Shown here piece by piece: positions 49,859 to 53,982 of a stretch of DNA of 53,982 nucleotides; the stretch's first letter is position 1; each line of letters starts with the position of its first letter. The position numbers were made by a program, and so were the translations under genes. The stretch comes from Pseudomonadota bacterium (lineage in GTDB: Bacteria > Pseudomonadota > Alphaproteobacteria > SP197), in assembly GCA_027592745.1 (NCBI GenBank), contig JAQCLG010000003.1:1-53982 (forward strand), in the 5' to 3' direction. The notes beneath the pieces were generated by a model. The model saw only the letters and a program-made list of their open reading frames with translations. It had not been told where the DNA came from and ran no database searches.

Positions 49859-50957
49859 GGGCGAGATCGCCGGCGCGCAGGACCAGCGCGTCCGTGCTGC
49901 GGAAGCCGAGCTCCAGTTCGCCCTCCAGCGAACGCCAGGCATCGCCGGAGTTGGTCATGTGCATGACCAGCGGCAGGTTGCCGGCGGCGCGCAGGAAGAC
50001 GTTGACGAAGGGGCCTTCAAGGTCGCGCCGCTCGACATGGGCGCGCATGCGGTTGGCCGTCTCGTTGCTGCGGCTGGCCAGGTCCAGACGCTCGGGCCGC
50101 ACGAAGATCATGGCGTCGTCGCCCGCGCTCAGGCCGTCGCGGTTGGCGCCGGTGAACTCCCCGACATCGGTGGCGACGCGGGCGACGCCGTTGGCGCCGT
50201 GCATGACCTTGCCGCGAAAGACGTTCTGCTCGCCCACGAAGGTCGCGACAAACGCGGTGGAGGGGCTGTCGTAGATGTCCTCGGTCGCCGCGACCTGCTC
50301 GACGCGGCCGCGGTTCATCACCGCGACACGGTCCGACATGGTCAGGGCCTCGCCCTGGTCATGGGTGATGTAGATGAAGGTGACGCCGGTCTTGCGCTGG
50401 ATCGACTTCAGCTCGGCGCGCATGTGCTGGCGCAGCTTCAGGTCGAGCGCCGAAAGCGGCTCGTCGAGCAGCAGCACGGCCGGTTCCACGGCAAGGCCGC
50501 GGGCGACCGCGACGCGCTGGCGCTGGCCGCCGGAAAGTTCGGTGGGTTTCTTGTCGCCCTGGCCGGTGAGCGCCACGAGTTCGAGCAATGCGTCGGCGCG
50601 CCGGCGGCGTTCGGCACGGGGCATGCCGCGCGCCTCCAGGCCGAAGGCGACGTTCTCCCACACCGTCATCAGCGGGAAGAGCGCAAGATTCTGGAAGATG
50701 AGCGCGGTCGGCCGCCTGTTGGGGCCAAGCTGCGTCATGTCCTCGCCGCCGATCCGGATGCGGCCGGTGCTGGGCTTCAGGAAACCCGAGACCATACGCA
50801 GGATCGTGGTCTTGCCGCAGCCCGACGGGCCGAGGATGGAGAAGAACTCTCCGGCCCGGATCGTCAGGTCGGTCGGCTCGACCGCGGTGAAGTCGCCAAA
50901 GCGCATCGACACACCGTCGAGTTCGACGTCCTTGCCGCGCAGATCCTGCATGTCCAT
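49851..50957 (-). CDS. Polyamine-type ABC transporter ATP-binding protein (PotA-like)
   Basis: GPSGCGKT, LSGGQRQR, LLLDEP, ITHDQ and a TOBE-like C-terminus. Confidence 0.95.
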   Translation of the reverse strand: MDMQDLRGKDVELDGVSMRFGDFTAVEPTDLTIRAGEFFSILGPSGCGKTTILRMVSGFLKPSTGRIRIGGEDMTQLGPNRRPTALIFQNLALFPLMTVWENVAFGLEARGMPRAERRRRADALLELVALTGQGDKKPTELSGGQRQRVAVARGLAVEPAVLLLDEPLSALDLKLRQHMRAELKSIQRKTGVTFIYITHDQGEALTMSDRVAVMNRGRVEQVAATEDIYDSPSTAFVATFVGEQNVFRGKVMHGANGVARVATDVGEFTGANRDGLSAGDDAMIFVRPERLDLASRSNETANRMRAHVERRDLEGPFVNVFLRAAGNLPLVMHMTNSGDAWRSLEGELELGFRSTDALVLRAGDLARE

Positions 50958-51042
50958 CGCTGCTCCCCCGGATGGCCTGCGTCAGACGGCGCTGCCGGCA
51001 CGGGATGACCGCACCGGCAGACGCCAGCCTGGCAACGGACGA

Positions 51043-52182
51043 TCAGGCGTTGGTGATCATGTCGACGTAGACCTGGCGCATCGGCGCGAACCAGGGCGTG
51101 TCGGCCTGCCACCACCAGAGGTTGGACAGGGTCTCGGGCGTGTAGATTTCCATGAAGGTCGCCGAGTACTGCTCACCCGCGTGGGCGGCAGCGCCGGTGG
51201 CCGCCGAGTTGTAGCCGGTGTTGGCGACGAACATGCCCGACATCTCCGGCTCGAACATGGCGTTGAGGAAGGCATAGGCCTGGTCGACGTTCTCGGCGCC
51301 GGAGGGGATGACGATCGAGTCCATCCAGGTGATGCCGCCTTCGACGGGCATGCGGTACTTCCAGGCGGGATCGACGTCCCAGCCCAGCTTGATGCCGGTG
51401 GTGTCCCAGGTCTGGCCGATGACGCAGCCGGCCTCGGTGAAGGCGTTGGTCGCCTCGGTGGCGTTGTTCCAGAAGGCGCCGACGTTCTGCTTGTTCTCGA
51501 TGATGTAGGCCGCGACCGCGTCCCAGACGCGCGTGGCGTCCTCTTCGGACTTGTAGACGTCGAGCATGCGGTTGGAGGGAACCGCACCGGTGGCGTCGAG
51601 GTAGAGGCCGGTGCCCATGATGACCGACTTCTGGCGGAAGGCGACCTTGCCCGCGAGATCGGGACCCCAGAGCGAGCCGTAGGAGACCTCGTTGTCGGCC
51701 AGCGGCATGGCGGCCGCATTGAAGGTCACGGCCTCGGTGCCCCAGTCGAACGGCAGGGCGACACGCTCGCCGCGCTGGACGCCGCCGAGCTGGATGGAGT
51801 CGCGCACCATCGAGGGGATGATGTTGTCCATGTTGACCCTGGACTCATCGATCGTGGCGAGCAGCATGGTGCCGTCGTCGGCCTTGTAGTTCGGCACGTT
51901 GGTGACCGAGGGGAAGATGATGTCGAAGCCGGAACCGCCGGCGGCCTTGAGCTTCTGCTCGGCCTCGTCGTTGGAACCGAAGGTCGAGAGGTTGACCTTG
52001 ATGCCGCTGTCGGCCTCGAACTTGTCGATCATGTTCTGCTGGACGTAGTCGCCCCAGGCAAAGACGTTGACCTGGCCCGAAGTGGCCAGCGCATCGCGGG
52101 AACGCAGGACGGCCGGCATGGCCAGGGTGGCGGCGGCCGCGGCCGTGCCCTTCAGGGCGGTGCGGCGGGTGATTTCAGTCAT
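51043..52182 (-). CDS. Polyamine-type ABC transporter substrate-binding protein (PotD/PotF-like), Tat signal
   Basis: MTEITRRTALKG twin-arginine signal; WGDY, FDIIFPS, PFDWG, PVEG..TWMD and AYAFLN. Confidence 0.9.
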   Translation of the reverse strand: MTEITRRTALKGTAAAAATLAMPAVLRSRDALATSGQVNVFAWGDYVQQNMIDKFEADSGIKVNLSTFGSNDEAEQKLKAAGGSGFDIIFPSVTNVPNYKADDGTMLLATIDESRVNMDNIIPSMVRDSIQLGGVQRGERVALPFDWGTEAVTFNAAAMPLADNEVSYGSLWGPDLAGKVAFRQKSVIMGTGLYLDATGAVPSNRMLDVYKSEEDATRVWDAVAAYIIENKQNVGAFWNNATEATNAFTEAGCVIGQTWDTTGIKLGWDVDPAWKYRMPVEGGITWMDSIVIPSGAENVDQAYAFLNAMFEPEMSGMFVANTGYNSAATGAAAHAGEQYSATFMEIYTPETLSNLWWWQADTPWFAPMRQVYVDMITNA

Positions 52183-52355
52183 GGCGTTGAAGCCTCCGAA
52201 GGGTGCGAAGGCGGTGAGTGTTAGGCCCCGGTTGTTACGGCCCCGCAAACGAACCTTGAAGTTAATGTGACGGACCGCCCCAGCTGTGGACATCTCCACC
52301 TCCCGGGGGTCTGTTCCGGGGGACCGCTGCACCACTTCAATCCGGGAGCGGAACC

Positions 52356-53051
52356 ATGAAGGTCACCTTCCGCTGCCCGCCCGAACTGGAGGGCCTGATC
52401 CCGGCGCCGATCGCGGCCCGCCGCGGCTTGCCGGCGTGGCTGCGGCAGATGCCCAACATGGCCCACAGCAACGACCTCGACGCCGATCTCGAGACGGTCA
52501 AGCAGTGCCCGCCCTTCGTCGACGCCATGGGCGCGGGCTTCCTGATGCCGCTGGTCGTCGACCTGCAGGTGGCCGACGGCGCCTTCGCCTGGGACTGGGA
52601 GCCGCCGGCCAGACTGCCGGCCCACTACCCGCGCTCGCCCTTTGCCTTTCATGTTCCAGAGCAGCTCGTCGGCACGCCGATGCATGACCCCGAGCGCTTC
52701 GCGGTCAAGTTCATCAACTTCTGGACCATCGCGCTGCCCGCCGGCTGGGGCCTGCTCTGCACCCATCCGGCCAACCGGGCCGACCTGCCGTTCCGCACCG
52801 TCACCGGCCTGGTGCGCGCCGACAACTACGACACCTTCATCCACTTTCCCGCCCTGTGGAGCGATCCCGGCTTCGCGGGCACCCTGCCCCGCGGCACACC
52901 CGTGGCGCAGTGCTACCCGGTGCCGCTCGAATCCCTGGAGCTGGAGACCGGCACGATCACGGGCGAGGCGGCCGAGAAGTTCCTTGGCGCCCACACCGCA
53001 CCGCGCGACGGCCTGGGCGCCTACCGCAGGCACCACCGCCGGCGCGACTGA
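52356..53051 (+). CDS. Conserved hypothetical protein (DUF6065-like)
   Basis: LPAWLRQMP, TVKQCPPFVDAM..GFLMPL, KFINFW, HPANR.DLPF and GTPVAQ. Confidence 0.7.
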   Translation: MKVTFRCPPELEGLIPAPIAARRGLPAWLRQMPNMAHSNDLDADLETVKQCPPFVDAMGAGFLMPLVVDLQVADGAFAWDWEPPARLPAHYPRSPFAFHVPEQLVGTPMHDPERFAVKFINFWTIALPAGWGLLCTHPANRADLPFRTVTGLVRADNYDTFIHFPALWSDPGFAGTLPRGTPVAQCYPVPLESLELETGTITGEAAEKFLGAHTAPRDGLGAYRRHHRRRD

Positions 53052-53057
53052 TCCCGG

Positions 53058-53819
53058 TCAGGCCAGGCCGAGCAGCGCACGCATCCGCGCCGGGCGCAGG
53101 TCGAAGCTGCCGTGGGGGCCTGCAGCGAGCGCGCGCAGCACCGCGCCATAGGCGGAAGGTTCATGGACGAGCAGTTCGCGATAGACCGCCAGCGCGTCGT
53201 CCAGGCGGCCGGTTTCCTGGAGGCTGCCGCCCAGGCCGAGCATGAGTTCGCGCTGGGGGCCCAGTGCCGCCCGGCAGGCCTGGAAGTGCCGGCAGGCCGC
53301 GGCGTGATCGCCCAGCGCACGCGCCGCCAGCCCGAGGTGGAGGACCACGACCGGGTGGCCGGGGTCGTGTTCGAGCGCGGCATCGAGACGTGCCCTGGCC
53401 TCCCCCGCACGCCCGTCGCGCAGCAGCAGGGCGGCAAGCTCGCAGCTTGCCCGGGTGTAGGAGGGCGCCAGGCTCACCGCCTTGACGAGCCAGGACTCGG
53501 CCTCGCGATCGGCGCCGCGGGCGGCCAGCAGGTGGCCCAGGTTGTAGGCCGCCTGGGGATTGCCGTCGTCGCGTTCCACGGCGCGGCACAACACGTTCTC
53601 GGCCTCCTCGACGGCGCCCGAGGCGGCAAGCGCGATGCCGAGGTTGACCATGGCGGAGGCCCCTGCCCCGGCCGCGACCGCCCGCCGCAGTAACGGGACG
53701 GACTCGTCGAGACGGGCCTGCTGCAGGGCAAGGACGCCGCGCAGATGCGCCGCCTCGCCGTCATCCGGGCTGACAACGGACAGGCGGTCCGGGCGATCTG
53801 GGGGCTGCGAGCGGGGCAT
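53058..53819 (-). CDS. Tetratricopeptide repeat protein
   Basis: Repeated NLG/HLG-A..A helical units at TPR spacing; GGGAG RBS. Confidence 0.8.
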   Translation of the reverse strand: MPRSQPPDRPDRLSVVSPDDGEAAHLRGVLALQQARLDESVPLLRRAVAAGAGASAMVNLGIALAASGAVEEAENVLCRAVERDDGNPQAAYNLGHLLAARGADREAESWLVKAVSLAPSYTRASCELAALLLRDGRAGEARARLDAALEHDPGHPVVVLHLGLAARALGDHAAACRHFQACRAALGPQRELMLGLGGSLQETGRLDDALAVYRELLVHEPSAYGAVLRALAAGPHGSFDLRPARMRALLGLA

Positions 53820-53982
53820 CGTCTCTCCCTGGACGGGAAGCCATTGTGAACGGGTCGGCGCCGGTCCGAAACCGTTTGCCGCGCGCGGGGGCTTCTGGCA
53901 GCGTTGCCGCGACCGGTTGACCTGCCCCCGCTGACTGGTCCGGTTTCAATGTTAGTGCATGGTCGGCTTTGTCGCCAAGCTG

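Overview
A 54-kb, high-GC bacterial window, most consistent with an alphaproteobacterium (groESL sequence, CIRCE plus RpoH-type promoter, palindromic repeats of alphaproteobacterial type). From left to right it holds: (i) a minus-strand operon of mtnA, class II aldolase, CMD-family protein, an active-site-altered HisD paralog, a 584-aa uncharacterised protein, an M19 dipeptidase and a DUF3726-like protein; (ii) a compact his operon (long hisG, hisB, hisH, hisF, an MFS gene, and a HisA-like/HisI/HisE triple fusion); (iii) groES-groEL followed by an orphan higA between duplicated terminator sequences; (iv) a large amine/amide catabolic region with one N,N-dimethylformamidase (DMFase) small subunit and three tandem, diverged large subunits, a Rieske oxygenase broken by an in-frame TAG, TauD, cupin, SDR, a TMADH-family flavoenzyme, a PuuB-like oxidase and an amidase; (v) a second minus-strand run of M19 dipeptidase, a fourth DMFase large subunit, an FrhB-like Fe-S flavoprotein, an MlrC/M81 hydrolase, SDR, sulfotransferase-like protein, lipoprotein hydrolase, ADP-forming acyl-CoA ligase and MATE, opposite an aldehyde dehydrogenase; (vi) a polyamine-type ABC transporter. 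I saw no rRNA, tRNA, CRISPR array, transposase or integrase. The best candidates for undescribed biology are the four-paralog DMFase system with its partner enzymes and the HisD-paralog operon. All family calls come from motif recognition by eye, not from database searches.
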